Counted from the first letter of the stretch, positions 21,652 to 30,528 are shown. The stretch: 64,000 bases of DNA from Flavobacterium sp. (GCF_027484205.1 NZ_JAIXUB010000001.1:65528-129527); one strand, 5' to 3'. Notes: generated by a model from the sequence alone, not told the origin. A program made the numbers and translations.

Positions 21652-21700
21652 TAAGTAAACAATACAGCATTCATGAGATGCTTAAAAAAGGTAGTACAAA

Positions 21701-22387
21701 ATGACTAAATTTAAAATTCTTTACGCCGAAGACGATGAAACCCTTGCGTTTCTTACTAAAGACAATTTAGAAAATTACTACGATGTAACACATTGTACTG
21801 ATGGAGAAATATGTTTTGAAACGTTCAAGAAAAATGAATTTGATTTGTGTATTTTTGATATTATGATGCCTAAAATGGATGGTTTTGATCTTGCCGAAAA
21901 AGTAAGACAACACAACGCAGATATTCCTATTATCTTTCTATCGGCTAAAACCTTAAAAGAAGATCGAATCAAAGGTTTGCGTCTTGGAGCTGACGATTAT
22001 CTAGTAAAACCCTTTAGTATTGAAGAGTTATTACTTAAAATTGAAATCTTTTTAAAACGTTCGCAGAAGAAAATCACACCAACAGAAAACCCAATTTACA
22101 CTGTTGGAAAATACCAATTTGACCACAAAAACTACTTGGTTTTTACAGATACTGAAAAAGTAAGTTTAACACAACGTGAAGCCGAACTTTTAAAACTGTT
22201 TTTAGACAACAAAAACAAAGTTCTAAAAAGAGAAGAAATTCTAAAATCACTTTGGGGAAATGACGATTATTTTATGGGAAGAAGTTTAGATGTGTTCATC
22301 TCAAGATTGCGAAAAATTTTAACCAATGAAGAAGGAATTACTATTGAAAACCTTCACGGAATTGGGTTTAAATTCAACATGAAATAA
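21701..22387 (+). CDS. OmpR/PhoB-family response regulator
   Basis: Receiver DIMMPKMDG; winged helix LTQREAELL...RSLDVFISRLRK...HGIGFKF. Confidence 0.92.
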   Translation: MTKFKILYAEDDETLAFLTKDNLENYYDVTHCTDGEICFETFKKNEFDLCIFDIMMPKMDGFDLAEKVRQHNADIPIIFLSAKTLKEDRIKGLRLGADDYLVKPFSIEELLLKIEIFLKRSQKKITPTENPIYTVGKYQFDHKNYLVFTDTEKVSLTQREAELLKLFLDNKNKVLKREEILKSLWGNDDYFMGRSLDVFISRLRKILTNEEGITIENLHGIGFKFNMK

Positions 22388-22399
22388 CGTAATTAAAAG

Positions 22400-22423
22400 G
22401 TCTTCGACAAGCTCATGCTGACA
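22400..22423 (-). repeat. REP-like repeat copy
   Basis: Reverse complement TGTCAGCATGAGCTTGTCGAAGAC. Confidence 0.65.
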
Positions 22424-22499
22424 TTTTTTTTTATTATTTGAAGTTTGATTTTAAAAAATAAAAGTTGTTTTTTTTCAACAGACACAATTTATTACATAT

Positions 22500-22523
22500 T
22501 GTCACACTGAGCTTGTAGAAGTG
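22500..22523 (+). repeat. REP-like repeat copy
   Basis: TGTCACACTGAGCTTGTAGAAGTG, inverted relative to the copy at 22400. Confidence 0.7.
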
Positions 22524-22530
22524 GTTTAAA

Positions 22531-23721
22531 TTAATCCTTCAAAACTCTATTGATTTTTACGAAACTTCTAGCATAATAATCTTCTTTTGTTGACGAAATC
22601 ATTACACCTTGACTTGTTGAAGAATGAATAAACTTAATTTCATCATCAAGCACTTCAGTCACCATTCCTACGTGGCTAATGCGTCCTTTTCCGAAAGTAG
22701 CAAAAAATATTAAATCACCTTTTTGTGCTTGTGATCTTTCTACACGTTGTCCATAATTTCCCATTTCGTGCGATGTTCTTGGCAACGACATATCCAGATT
22801 TTTAAAAGTAAAAAGCATAAAACCTGAACAATCAAAACCACCAGGTGAAGTTCCGCCACGTCTGTATCTTGTACCAATATGTTCTGACGCTTTTGCAATT
22901 AACAATTCGGCTTTTGATAGATTTTCTGCTGAAAGTGGTTTGGCTAATTCAACTTCTTTTTGAACTTCCACTACTTCCGCTTTATTTTCAATTGTTTCGC
23001 CTGTACCCTTTTTTATAATTAAAAATTGGTCAATTTTCAAACCATTTGCCACACTTGGATTCAATCGAGTAATCTCTTCAATAGAAACACCCGTTTGTCT
23101 TGAAATTCCATACAAAGTTTCTTTTGGCAATACTTTATGAACTATATCTACATTAGAAACCATAGGTTCGGCAGAAGCTACATTAATCGTTTCTACAACC
23201 TTATTTTCCTCTTTAAGTACTTTTTCAGGAACCGTTGCTTCCTCCATATTAGGCAATTGCAACTTCATTCCGGTTTTTAAATTACTTGTTTTCAATTCTG
23301 GATTTAACTCACAGAGCGTTTCCATTGTTACACCATATTTTTTTGAAATGCTGTATAAAGTTTCTTTTGCTTTTACAGCATGAGTTGCTTTCGAATTACC
23401 TTGAATCTGTGCTGAAACTTCAGTATTTTTCAGATTATCATTTTTATCAGCATTTGCTTTTTTATCAGCAACCTCTTTCTTTGTAGGCTTTTCTTGTTCC
23501 TTGAATTTCTTGTTTGGAATTTTAACCTCAGCATTCAAACCTAAAACGGCTCCTTTCAACTTAGGATTCAAACCATATATTTCCGATTGAGTAACGTCGT
23601 ATTTTTTAGCAATAGAGTAAATCGATTCGCCTGATTTCACCTTATGTTTAATAACTTTTTGAGCAAAAGTTGGAACAGAAAAAAACAGAAAGAACAGTAT
23701 AAAGAGTTTGAAAAATTTCAT
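22531..23721 (-). CDS. Peptidoglycan endopeptidase with 3 LysM domains and an NlpC/P60 domain
   Basis: Three HxVxxxETLYSISKKY-type LysM repeats; GFDCSGF and ISHVG catalytic motifs; start at MKFFKL. Confidence 0.9.
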   Translation of the reverse strand: MKFFKLFILFFLFFSVPTFAQKVIKHKVKSGESIYSIAKKYDVTQSEIYGLNPKLKGAVLGLNAEVKIPNKKFKEQEKPTKKEVADKKANADKNDNLKNTEVSAQIQGNSKATHAVKAKETLYSISKKYGVTMETLCELNPELKTSNLKTGMKLQLPNMEEATVPEKVLKEENKVVETINVASAEPMVSNVDIVHKVLPKETLYGISRQTGVSIEEITRLNPSVANGLKIDQFLIIKKGTGETIENKAEVVEVQKEVELAKPLSAENLSKAELLIAKASEHIGTRYRRGGTSPGGFDCSGFMLFTFKNLDMSLPRTSHEMGNYGQRVERSQAQKGDLIFFATFGKGRISHVGMVTEVLDDEIKFIHSSTSQGVMISSTKEDYYARSFVKINRVLKD

Positions 23722-23897
23722 GAGTTGTATATAATTCACAGCACCAGAAAGTACCATTAAAAGTTTTGCAATTTACAAATAAATGTGCATTTCGTCGGTA
23801 TTTTTTAACTTAAATTTAAAAAAACAATAGTTTCATTACTACAAATACAACATAATAAAGAAATAAATGGATTTAAAAATTTGCAACATTTTTTTCG

Positions 23898-23905
23898 TAT
23901 ATTTG
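23898..23905 (+). promoter_or_regulatory. Candidate array-head (Pc-like) promoter -7 element TATATTTG
   Basis: Exact TAnnTTTG facing the cassette array; nearest upstream TTTG is only 14 nt away, shorter than the usual spacing. Confidence 0.5.
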
Positions 23906-23918
23906 AATACTACACGCT

Positions 23919-23990
23919 GTTATGTAGCGCAAATATTACCTTATTTGGGTGTATTACCGCTATAACGTAGCGACTATATAAGTTAGTGAC
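23919..23990 (+). other. Array left boundary, candidate attI-like site (imperfect hairpin followed by G|TTAGTGAC)
   Basis: GTTAGTGACAATTG (from 23982) is complementary to the first cassette's end CAACTGTCACTAAA; hairpin at 23919-23966. Confidence 0.55.
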
Positions 23991-24034
23991 AATTGTAAAA
24001 AAAACGGAACGAATTCAATAACTTAATTTAACAA

Positions 24035-24556
24035 ATGAAAGAATTTATAATAGAAAACTGGGATAAAATAGTTTCGGGAATTTTAAGTATTTATGCTACA
24101 ATTTTATCTACTTATACATTTATAAAACAAAAAGACAAACTGAAAGTTGAATTTTCTTTAGGTTATATGCATGTCAAACAGAAGAATTATATGTATAGAC
24201 TAGCATCAATTAACATAATAAATTTGTCGCAAAATCCACTAAAAATTAAAGGCGCAAAATTTCATGACATTAAAGGGAAAATAGTTGATATTTCTGGTGT
24301 TCCTGAAGAAATCACAAAAAATGTGTTGCGTTCAGAAATGGATTTTGAAAATAAAGTTTTTGTTGATGTAAATCAAGAAATGAGCAAATTTGACAAGAAA
24401 ACTCAAATAAATCCCTATGATGATAGATATTTATACTACGATTATATTTCATTGAAAAAGTATATGGACGATAACAAAGTTATCTATTTTACTGTAACTC
24501 ATAACAATGGAAAAAAGAAGATAAAAATTACTAATAAAAAGATATTTGACATGTAA
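24035..24556 (+). CDS. Cassette: hypothetical protein with an N-terminal TM anchor
   Basis: Single ORF between boundary 23982 and site 1. Confidence 0.7.
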   Translation: MKEFIIENWDKIVSGILSIYATILSTYTFIKQKDKLKVEFSLGYMHVKQKNYMYRLASINIINLSQNPLKIKGAKFHDIKGKIVDISGVPEEITKNVLRSEMDFENKVFVDVNQEMSKFDKKTQINPYDDRYLYYDYISLKKYMDDNKVIYFTVTHNNGKKKIKITNKKIFDM

Positions 24557-24564
24557 ACAACTGT

Positions 24565-24699
24565 CACTAAAAACGGTTTAAAAAAATGGTGTGGCTCGGG
24601 ATTTTTCAGAAATGGTAATTGTTGAATCAAAGTTTTATTTACATTTGTAATTGGCAGTGAATGAAGTACGCAACTTCTTGTAGCCGCAAAACGTTAGGC
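24565..24699 (+). repeat. attC-like site 1 (family A)
   Basis: R'' CACTAAA ... GCAACTTCTTGTAGCCGC AAAAC GTTAGGC; TACATTTG at 24640. Confidence 0.85.
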
Positions 24700-24721
24700 T
24701 CAACTATTACAACTAATACTT

Positions 24722-25405
24722 ATGGAAGGAAAAAAGCTAATAAGAACATTATTATCATTAAGCATATTATTCATTCTGATTACGATTGGTTTTTATTTAT
24801 ACCAATTTGGTAGTTTAAGACTTTCAGAAAATAACGAAGATTGGTCTAACTTTTCAAACTATTTTAATGGAATTTTGACACCAATATTAACCTTGTTAAA
24901 TTTACTCATGTTTGCTTACCTAAGTTTTAAATTAGTACAAATTGAGGATGATAGAAATCACTGGACATTACAAGAATTAGCAAGACCATATGCAAATTTA
25001 ATAACTGAAAACACTTCTGGAAGTGTCGAAATTACGGTTCATAATGTTGGACTTGGGCCAATGATATTAACCGATTTCAGAATTTTCAAAGATCCTGAAA
25101 AAACATACAGGAACTTTTACTATTTAATTAATGACATCGCTGATTATGAAAATATAGGTCCAGAAATTCAACCAAAAATTGATTCTTTTGAAGTCAACTC
25201 TGAAAGTGGTGCAATTGCGAAAGACAAATCGCATTGTTTATTGAAAGTTTATTTTTTAGAGGATAGTCAACAAAACATGCAATTTTTAGATTTAATACGT
25301 ATTCATTTGAATGATTATACTCTATCCATAACTTATAGTGATATGTATGGTAGAGAAATAGAATGTATGCGCGAAAAGTTAAATTTTAAACCTTGGAACA
25401 ACTAG
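24722..25405 (+). CDS. Cassette: hypothetical membrane protein (two N-terminal TMs, WSNFSNYFNG motif)
   Basis: ORF fills the interval between sites 1 and 2. Confidence 0.7.
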   Translation: MEGKKLIRTLLSLSILFILITIGFYLYQFGSLRLSENNEDWSNFSNYFNGILTPILTLLNLLMFAYLSFKLVQIEDDRNHWTLQELARPYANLITENTSGSVEITVHNVGLGPMILTDFRIFKDPEKTYRNFYYLINDIADYENIGPEIQPKIDSFEVNSESGAIAKDKSHCLLKVYFLEDSQQNMQFLDLIRIHLNDYTLSITYSDMYGREIECMREKLNFKPWNN

Positions 25406-25409
25406 CAGC

Positions 25410-25542
25410 GCCTAATAGACGTTTCTCGAAATTGCGAATTTTGTGGTAAGTTCACGTTTACGTTTCGCAAGAATTTTTATCTTTAACAGAAAATAATTCG
25501 TTCCGAAGTTCGCAACTGACGAGAAGCGGCAGAACGTTGTGC
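25410..25542 (+). repeat. attC-like site 2 (family B)
   Basis: GCCTAAT A GACGTTTCTCGAAATTGCG ... CGCAACTGACGAGAAGCGGC AGAAC GTTGTGC. Confidence 0.88.
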
Positions 25543-25581
25543 GTCATTTTAACCGAACAAAACCGTAGAAAAAAATAAACA

Positions 25582-26034
25582 ATGTGTGATTTTACCAAAG
25601 GCATTAAATTATGTAGTTGTGAAAACGAAACTATAAAATTTCGTGAACAAGAGTTCTATAAAATGTTAGAAGGCGAACTTGTTAAAATTCCCAATAAAAA
25701 GAATGAAAATGTCCCCATAATTTTTATTTGGAGATTATTCAAATTGAAATCTAAAAATAATAATTACGAAATTGGAAGGTATATGCTTCCTGTAAACGAT
25801 ATTGGAAATGGATTAGATGCTGAATGGATTGCTTTAAATTTAAATTCAGAAAATTGTTTTGATTTTGATTACACTCCTGATGAGGGTGATAATTTATTCA
25901 TTCAGACCAACGAAATTGCTTCAGCATATATTTCATTCATTTTTAGGAATGGTCAATGGAAAATTGACCATTACAGCCCTTTTTCGTGGGATATTAGACA
26001 TGTTAAAGATGGACAAATTAAGGAAACTTTATAA
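25582..26034 (+). CDS. Cassette block gene 1: hypothetical protein
   Basis: 150 aa ORF; similar to the next ORF. Confidence 0.7.
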   Translation: MCDFTKGIKLCSCENETIKFREQEFYKMLEGELVKIPNKKNENVPIIFIWRLFKLKSKNNNYEIGRYMLPVNDIGNGLDAEWIALNLNSENCFDFDYTPDEGDNLFIQTNEIASAYISFIFRNGQWKIDHYSPFSWDIRHVKDGQIKETL

Positions 26035-26043
26035 AAAGTAATA

Positions 26044-26556
26044 ATGTTTGAAATAATAGATATAAATTTCGTTGAAGCAGATATACTTGAAAAAGAAATA
26101 ATTTCTTTTCACATTCCTCATTCAAAGATGCTTAATGAAGACCACAAATATTTTAAAAAAAGAATTGTTTGGACTTTAATAGAATGGAAAGACACTGAAG
26201 ATTATCCATATAAAGAAATTGAAGAAGACGAGAAAAACGGAATTCGTTATCATGAAATACCTGAACAAATAGTAAGTGAAATTAATGGAATTACAAGTGA
26301 ATCTATTAAAGATAAAATTAACGTGAATGATTGTTTTGCTTTTAATTACAACCCAAGAGAATTCGATAAATTGATATTGAGAAGTGATTACGAGTTTCAA
26401 GAGATTAAAGCAATTAGACAGCCTTACAATAGAATATTCAAATATATTGCTCTGACTTACAAAAACGGAGTTTGGGAGATTGATGAGAAAGTGGAAAAAA
26501 GAGTTTTTAAGAAAAGTAGAACAGGAATAGTAAAAATAATGTTAGAAAATGAATAA
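26044..26556 (+). CDS. Cassette block gene 2: hypothetical protein, distant paralogue of 25582-26034
   Basis: Shared motifs W.L..K, NG......N...CF.F.Y.P.E.D.L, YI.....NG.W.ID. Confidence 0.7.
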   Translation: MFEIIDINFVEADILEKEIISFHIPHSKMLNEDHKYFKKRIVWTLIEWKDTEDYPYKEIEEDEKNGIRYHEIPEQIVSEINGITSESIKDKINVNDCFAFNYNPREFDKLILRSDYEFQEIKAIRQPYNRIFKYIALTYKNGVWEIDEKVEKRVFKKSRTGIVKIMLENE

Positions 26557-27076
26557 TGAAAAAAACAGAAAAATGAATGAAAATATAAGATATAGAATAT
26601 ATAAAACCAGTATAAATATTTTCTTTATTTCAATTTATAGTAATTCAAAAGTTTATGAAATCAAAAGTGGTAAAAGTTCAATTTTACCGGGAATAAAATA
26701 TTCAATAATAACAATTTTATTTGGATGGTGGGGATTTGGATTTCCTTGGAAAAAAATTCAAGAGTTAAAAAATTCATTAACGGCATTACATATAAATTTC
26801 TCTGGTGGAGAAGACTATACCAAGGTAATAACTGAAATGGATTACGAAGAAAAAACAGTTTGGGTTTATAACAATCTAAAACATGAACTTTTTGAAAAAA
26901 CTAATATTGAAACTATTGACATTATTATTGATTTACAAACTAATTCAAAATTGACTCTTGAAGGAAATATAATTTTTATAATTGAAAGTTTAAAAAAGTT
27001 GAACATTGTAAACTTAAGAAATTCAGATATAGAAGAAATTATTAATAAAATAAAGCAGTTTGATTATAGAAATTAA
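26549..27076 (+). CDS. Cassette block gene 3: hypothetical membrane protein
   Basis: TM segment ITILFGWWGFGFPW; overlaps the previous stop codon. Confidence 0.65.
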   Translation: MNNEKNRKMNENIRYRIYKTSINIFFISIYSNSKVYEIKSGKSSILPGIKYSIITILFGWWGFGFPWKKIQELKNSLTALHINFSGGEDYTKVITEMDYEEKTVWVYNNLKHELFEKTNIETIDIIIDLQTNSKLTLEGNIIFIIESLKKLNIVNLRNSDIEEIINKIKQFDYRN

Positions 27077-27295
27077 ATGAAAAATGAAATGAAAAAATTA
27101 AATATAATTTTAATTGTATTCTTAAGCTTAACTTCTTTAATATTTGCAGTATTAAATAACTCTAACGCATAAGATTTAAAAACAACTGAAGTAGAACTAA
27201 ATTCAGCAAGAGATTCTTTATCAATGTATCAAGGGAATTATAACAAATTGAATGTACAATATAAAATTTTGGAAAAATCACTTGAAGAAAAATAA
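27077..27295 (+). pseudogene. Small TM/coiled-coil ORF with an in-frame stop
   Basis: MKNEMKKLNIILIVFLSLTSLIFAVLNNSNA*DLKTT...LEEK*; internal TAA at 27170-27172. Confidence 0.55.
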
Positions 27296-27303
27296 AACCG
27301 AAC

Positions 27304-27437
27304 GGCTAACTGCAGTTACAAGAAATTGCTAGGCTTGATTTTTGTCAGAATTCGTTATGCAGAATCAAAGTTTTGGTTATATCTGTAATTGACAGTGAAT
27401 GAAGTACGCAACTTCTTGTAGCTGCGAAACGTTAGCA
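27304..27437 (+). repeat. attC-like site 3 (family A)
   Basis: GGCTAAC T GCAGTTACAAGAAATTGC ... GCAACTTCTTGTAGCTGC GAAAC GTTAGCA. Confidence 0.9.
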
Positions 27438-27445
27438 GATATAGC

Positions 27446-27841
27446 ATGAAAAAAGAACATCAAAACATATTAGAATTAATTCCTAAAGATAAAGGTGATT
27501 ATAAAACTGCTCAAAATCTAAAAAAACACAATATTTCGAAATTAAAATCAATTATACCAAAATTATTGGAATGGATTCAAGATATGAATTGGCCAATTTC
27601 AGTAATAGTTGCTGAATATTTAGTCGATAATTTTAGTGAAATAGAAAACGAAATATATCCAATACTAAATACTAACGATGACATTTGGAAATGGAATGTA
27701 ATAAATATTTTTAAGGATTTAATTGGAGATGAAAAAAGCATTGAATTAATAAAAAGAATAGCTGAAAATCCAACAGAAATGGAAAAACTTGAAGAATTAG
27801 ATTTACTATGCAAAGAAGTTATTGAAAAACGAAAATGGTAA
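27446..27841 (+). CDS. Cassette: DUF5071-like protein
   Basis: LIPKDKGD and LLEWIQDMNWPIS motifs, recognised from memory of the family. Confidence 0.65.
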   Translation: MKKEHQNILELIPKDKGDYKTAQNLKKHNISKLKSIIPKLLEWIQDMNWPISVIVAEYLVDNFSEIENEIYPILNTNDDIWKWNVINIFKDLIGDEKSIELIKRIAENPTEMEKLEELDLLCKEVIEKRKW

Positions 27842-27851
27842 AAACTACATC

Positions 27852-27986
27852 TGCTAACAGCAGTTACAAGAAATTGCTATGCATGGGATTTATCAGAATT
27901 GGAAATTGTTGAATCAGAGTTTTGTCTATATTTGTAATTGTCAGTGAGTGAAGTACGCAACTTCTTGTAGCGGCGAAACGTTAGCA
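27852..27986 (+). repeat. attC-like site 4 (family A)
   Basis: TGCTAAC A GCAGTTACAAGAAATTGC ... GCAACTTCTTGTAGCGGC GAAAC GTTAGCA; TATATTTG at 27927. Confidence 0.9.
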
Positions 27987-28007
27987 TCAATTTTAAATTT
28001 ACGATGT

Positions 28008-28298
28008 ATGTCATTTTTGAAAAATATATTTGGGAAAAAATCTAATGAAGAAGGTACTTTAACTCAAATTAGATTTACAAAAGATAACATTAAAAATTTC
28101 CCGAAATACGAAGCACTGTTGATTGATGGAAAAATAAAGTTTGATTCTTCTGGAAGGCTTCGTTATCTGCATGGAGCACCCGTTGGAGATATGTTATTAA
28201 TAAGAATGAATAAGGATGGTAAAGCTGTCTACAAAGAGTCTGCTAAAGAATGGTTTGATCCAGAAAGTCAAAAAGCAAAAGACTTTTTTTGGAAGTAA
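28008..28298 (+). CDS. Cassette: hypothetical protein (start MSFLKNIFGKK)
   Basis: The ORF-track start 27948 lies inside site 4; the ATG at 28008 is the plausible start. Confidence 0.65.
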   Translation: MSFLKNIFGKKSNEEGTLTQIRFTKDNIKNFPKYEALLIDGKIKFDSSGRLRYLHGAPVGDMLLIRMNKDGKAVYKESAKEWFDPESQKAKDFFWK

Positions 28299-28305
28299 AA
28301 ACTGC

Positions 28306-28444
28306 TGCTAACATTGGTTTTCATCAATGGCAAGGCTTGGGATTTATTTGTCATTGGAAAGGTTTTTAATTTAAAGTTTTGTTAATACTTGTAAAGGCTT
28401 GGGCTTGGTTCGTCACCACTTCTTGAAGCCGCGAAACTTTAGCC
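28306..28444 (+). repeat. attC-like site 5 (family A; R' core mutated to TTT)
   Basis: TGCTAAC ... CCACTTCTTGAAGCCGC GAAAC TTTAGCC. Confidence 0.8.
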
Positions 28445-28479
28445 GTCAGTTTGACAGAACGCAAAAAAATCTAAACAGA

Positions 28480-28893
28480 ATGAAAAAAATAATTAGTTTA
28501 ATATATTTTTCAATTTTAATGAATAGCTGTGCTTGGCTTGATGAAAGTGAACATCAAAAAATTATTGGACAATATGAAATTGGCTGGAACGACCTAGAAT
28601 CTAATCGAGCAATTACGAAAAAAATCGAAAATTCTGAAAGTAATTATCAAGAAATTGTTGGATGTTATGTTTTTGCAGTCGGTCATAATGAAAATTTCAT
28701 AATAGCAAAACAACACCAAAATTTTAATTCGAAAACTAATTATTACTTAATAGATATTAAAAAAAATGAAAAAGATTACTCAAAAGGTGTTTTCGGACCT
28801 TTAAACGAAACCGAATTTGAAAAAATGAAAACAAAATTTAATATTAAAAACTTAAAATTTGACTTAAAATTTGCTGATGAACCATATAATTAA
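28480..28893 (+). CDS. Cassette: lipoprotein (DUF3997-like)
   Basis: Lipobox LMNSC; VGHNENFIIAKQH and YYLIDIK motifs; start corrected out of site 5. Confidence 0.6.
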   Translation: MKKIISLIYFSILMNSCAWLDESEHQKIIGQYEIGWNDLESNRAITKKIENSESNYQEIVGCYVFAVGHNENFIIAKQHQNFNSKTNYYLIDIKKNEKDYSKGVFGPLNETEFEKMKTKFNIKNLKFDLKFADEPYN

Positions 28894-28956
28894 ATCAAAC
28901 AAAAAATCGAAAAGAAAAAATCGAAAAGAAAAACTCATAAAAGAAAAAAAACGAAC

Positions 28957-28975
28957 GGCTAACAGCAGTTTACAA
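28957..28975 (+). repeat. attC-like site 6, collapsed (R'' and start of left arm only)
   Basis: GGCTAAC AGCAGTTTACAA, then AT-rich sequence and the ATG at 28993; no loop, right arm or R'. Confidence 0.6.
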
Positions 28976-28992
28976 ACATTTTTTACATCGTT

Positions 28993-29343
28993 ATGAAAGA
29001 ACTTTATCCTGAATTAATAGACTATATTTTCCAACATTGTTGGAAATATTACTCTGAAATAGAGAAAGAAGCAATCGACCATCATATTGGAGCTGTGAAG
29101 TTTGATAAATTTGCTTTTCAAAGTCAGAAACTTGATGATGCAAAAACCAGATTTTCAACAGAAAATCCAGAAGCTTTAAAATTATTGGAGAATGGTTACT
29201 CAGAATTTATTAAAACTACAGCGACTAGAATTTTTAATGAGCACGAAAACGAATTGGAATTGAATTTTTGTCCTGGATGTGGAAAAATAGCCAGAACTCC
29301 AAAAGCCAAACAGTGTAGGTTTTGCAGAAATGATTGGCACTAA
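28993..29343 (+). CDS. Cassette: hypothetical protein with a C-terminal zinc ribbon
   Basis: CPGCGKIARTPKAKQCRFC. Confidence 0.7.
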   Translation: MKELYPELIDYIFQHCWKYYSEIEKEAIDHHIGAVKFDKFAFQSQKLDDAKTRFSTENPEALKLLENGYSEFIKTTATRIFNEHENELELNFCPGCGKIARTPKAKQCRFCRNDWH

Positions 29344-29351
29344 AAAACGGC

Positions 29352-29483
29352 AGCTAACAGCGGTTTCTCTCAATTGCGAATTTTGTAGTAAATTCACGTT
29401 TACGTTTCGCAAGAATTTTTATCTTTAACAGAAAAAAATCAGTTCCGAAGCTCACAATCTCTCCAAGCGCCGAAACGTTAGCA
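29352..29483 (+). repeat. attC-like site 7 (family B)
   Basis: AGCTAAC ... GAAAC GTTAGCA; loop shared with sites 2, 12, 13, 14. Confidence 0.87.
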
Positions 29484-29522
29484 GAAAGCGTCTCCAAAAA
29501 TCACGTAACTAAATATGAAAAG

Positions 29523-29837
29523 ATGTTTAAATTAAAAAAAATAACAATTTTACAAATTGAAAAATTTTTAACAATTATATTTTTCTTGATTTTTGTAATC
29601 TTAACAAGAAACACATTAATTGAATCTTACAATAGAATAGAAGATTTGAATACTGAAAAAACTATCAGAATTGTAAATGATAAATCTCAGAATGAAAATT
29701 TGGTTAATTTTACAAAAAAAGACAAAGCTAATTTCTCAAATCATTTGGATGTTTTAATTTTACTCATAATTGGTTTTTTTATTATGTTTTACAAGGTTCA
29801 GAAAAAAATAAATGTAGAAAAAAATAAAATTGAATAA
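29523..29837 (+). CDS. Cassette: small two-TM protein
   Basis: Two hydrophobic segments. Confidence 0.6.
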   Translation: MFKLKKITILQIEKFLTIIFFLIFVILTRNTLIESYNRIEDLNTEKTIRIVNDKSQNENLVNFTKKDKANFSNHLDVLILLIIGFFIMFYKVQKKINVEKNKIE

Positions 29838-29911
29838 TCGGTTTTTAAAAGTTAAAACTAATTGCAAAATAATTGCAAAACAAAAACAGAATTACTAAAA
29901 AAAACGGCTTC

Positions 29912-30050
29912 TACTAACAGCCATTTGCACCAATGACGAGGCATGGGATTTATCAGAAATTGGAAAGGTCTTTAATTAAAAGTTTTGGTTACATTTGTGA
30001 AGGCTTGGTCTTGGTTTATCGCCACTTCATGAAGCCGCGAAACGTTAGCG
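29912..30050 (+). repeat. attC-like site 8 (family A)
   Basis: TACTAAC ... CCACTTCATGAAGCCGC GAAAC GTTAGCG; TACATTTG at 29990. Confidence 0.87.
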
Positions 30051-30087
30051 GTAATTTTAAAAAACGCACGTGAATAAAATACGAAAC

Positions 30088-30528
30088 ATGAAATATCAAA
30101 TCAAAACCGATTATAAAAGACTTGGACTTCATGATTCTCATCTATCTGAAATCAAAATAGAAAATGATAAAATTTTTATAAATTTAGATTGGGGATTTTT
30201 AGAAAATTATTCCGAAGATAAAACTATAGAAGCAATTATATTTGATAAGGCTAAACTTAATTTAGATAATATTTACAATCAATCATTTAAAAAGTATGAT
30301 GAAATTGGTTTTGTAGATATTGAGAAACCTGATAATTTTGAATTAGATGAATGGCTTGTAATGGAAAATAAATATCAATTCAATGACAACAAACATATTT
30401 TTACATTAAGTATAACAAACTATTCTTTGTACTTACAATGGACAATAGTTTGTATAAATGCAGAATTAAATTGGGACAAGTTCATTTTACATAAGAATTG
30501 GCTAACAGGAGAACAGTCGTTGGGATAA
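30088..30528 (+). CDS. Cassette: hypothetical protein
   Basis: ATG at 30088 (GTG at 30070 possible); LHDS N-terminal motif. Confidence 0.65.
   Translation: MKYQIKTDYKRLGLHDSHLSEIKIENDKIFINLDWGFLENYSEDKTIEAIIFDKAKLNLDNIYNQSFKKYDEIGFVDIEKPDNFELDEWLVMENKYQFNDNKHIFTLSITNYSLYLQWTIVCINAELNWDKFILHKNWLTGEQSLG

Noticed and set aside
23950-23995. dif/XerCD site reading of the array-head motif
   Set aside because: No 11-6-11 dyad resembling dif could be aligned; the cassette-end match explains the GTTAGTGAC.
27948-28007. N-terminal extension MKYATSCSGETLAS... in the ORF track
   Set aside because: It is translated from attC-like site 4; the plausible start is 28008.
28399-28479. N-terminal extension MGLVRHHFLKPRNFS... 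in the ORF track
   Set aside because: It is translated from site 5; the lipoprotein signal begins at 28480.
28990-28996. GTTATGA just before the ATG at 28993 as the R' of site 6
   Set aside because: Not preceded by a right arm or AAC and not complementary to that cassette's end (GGCAGCTAAC).
29200-29412. Minus-strand ORFs crossing sites (also 34647-34865 and 39453-39719)
   Set aside because: Shadow ORFs spanning palindromic repeats, antisense to better ORFs.
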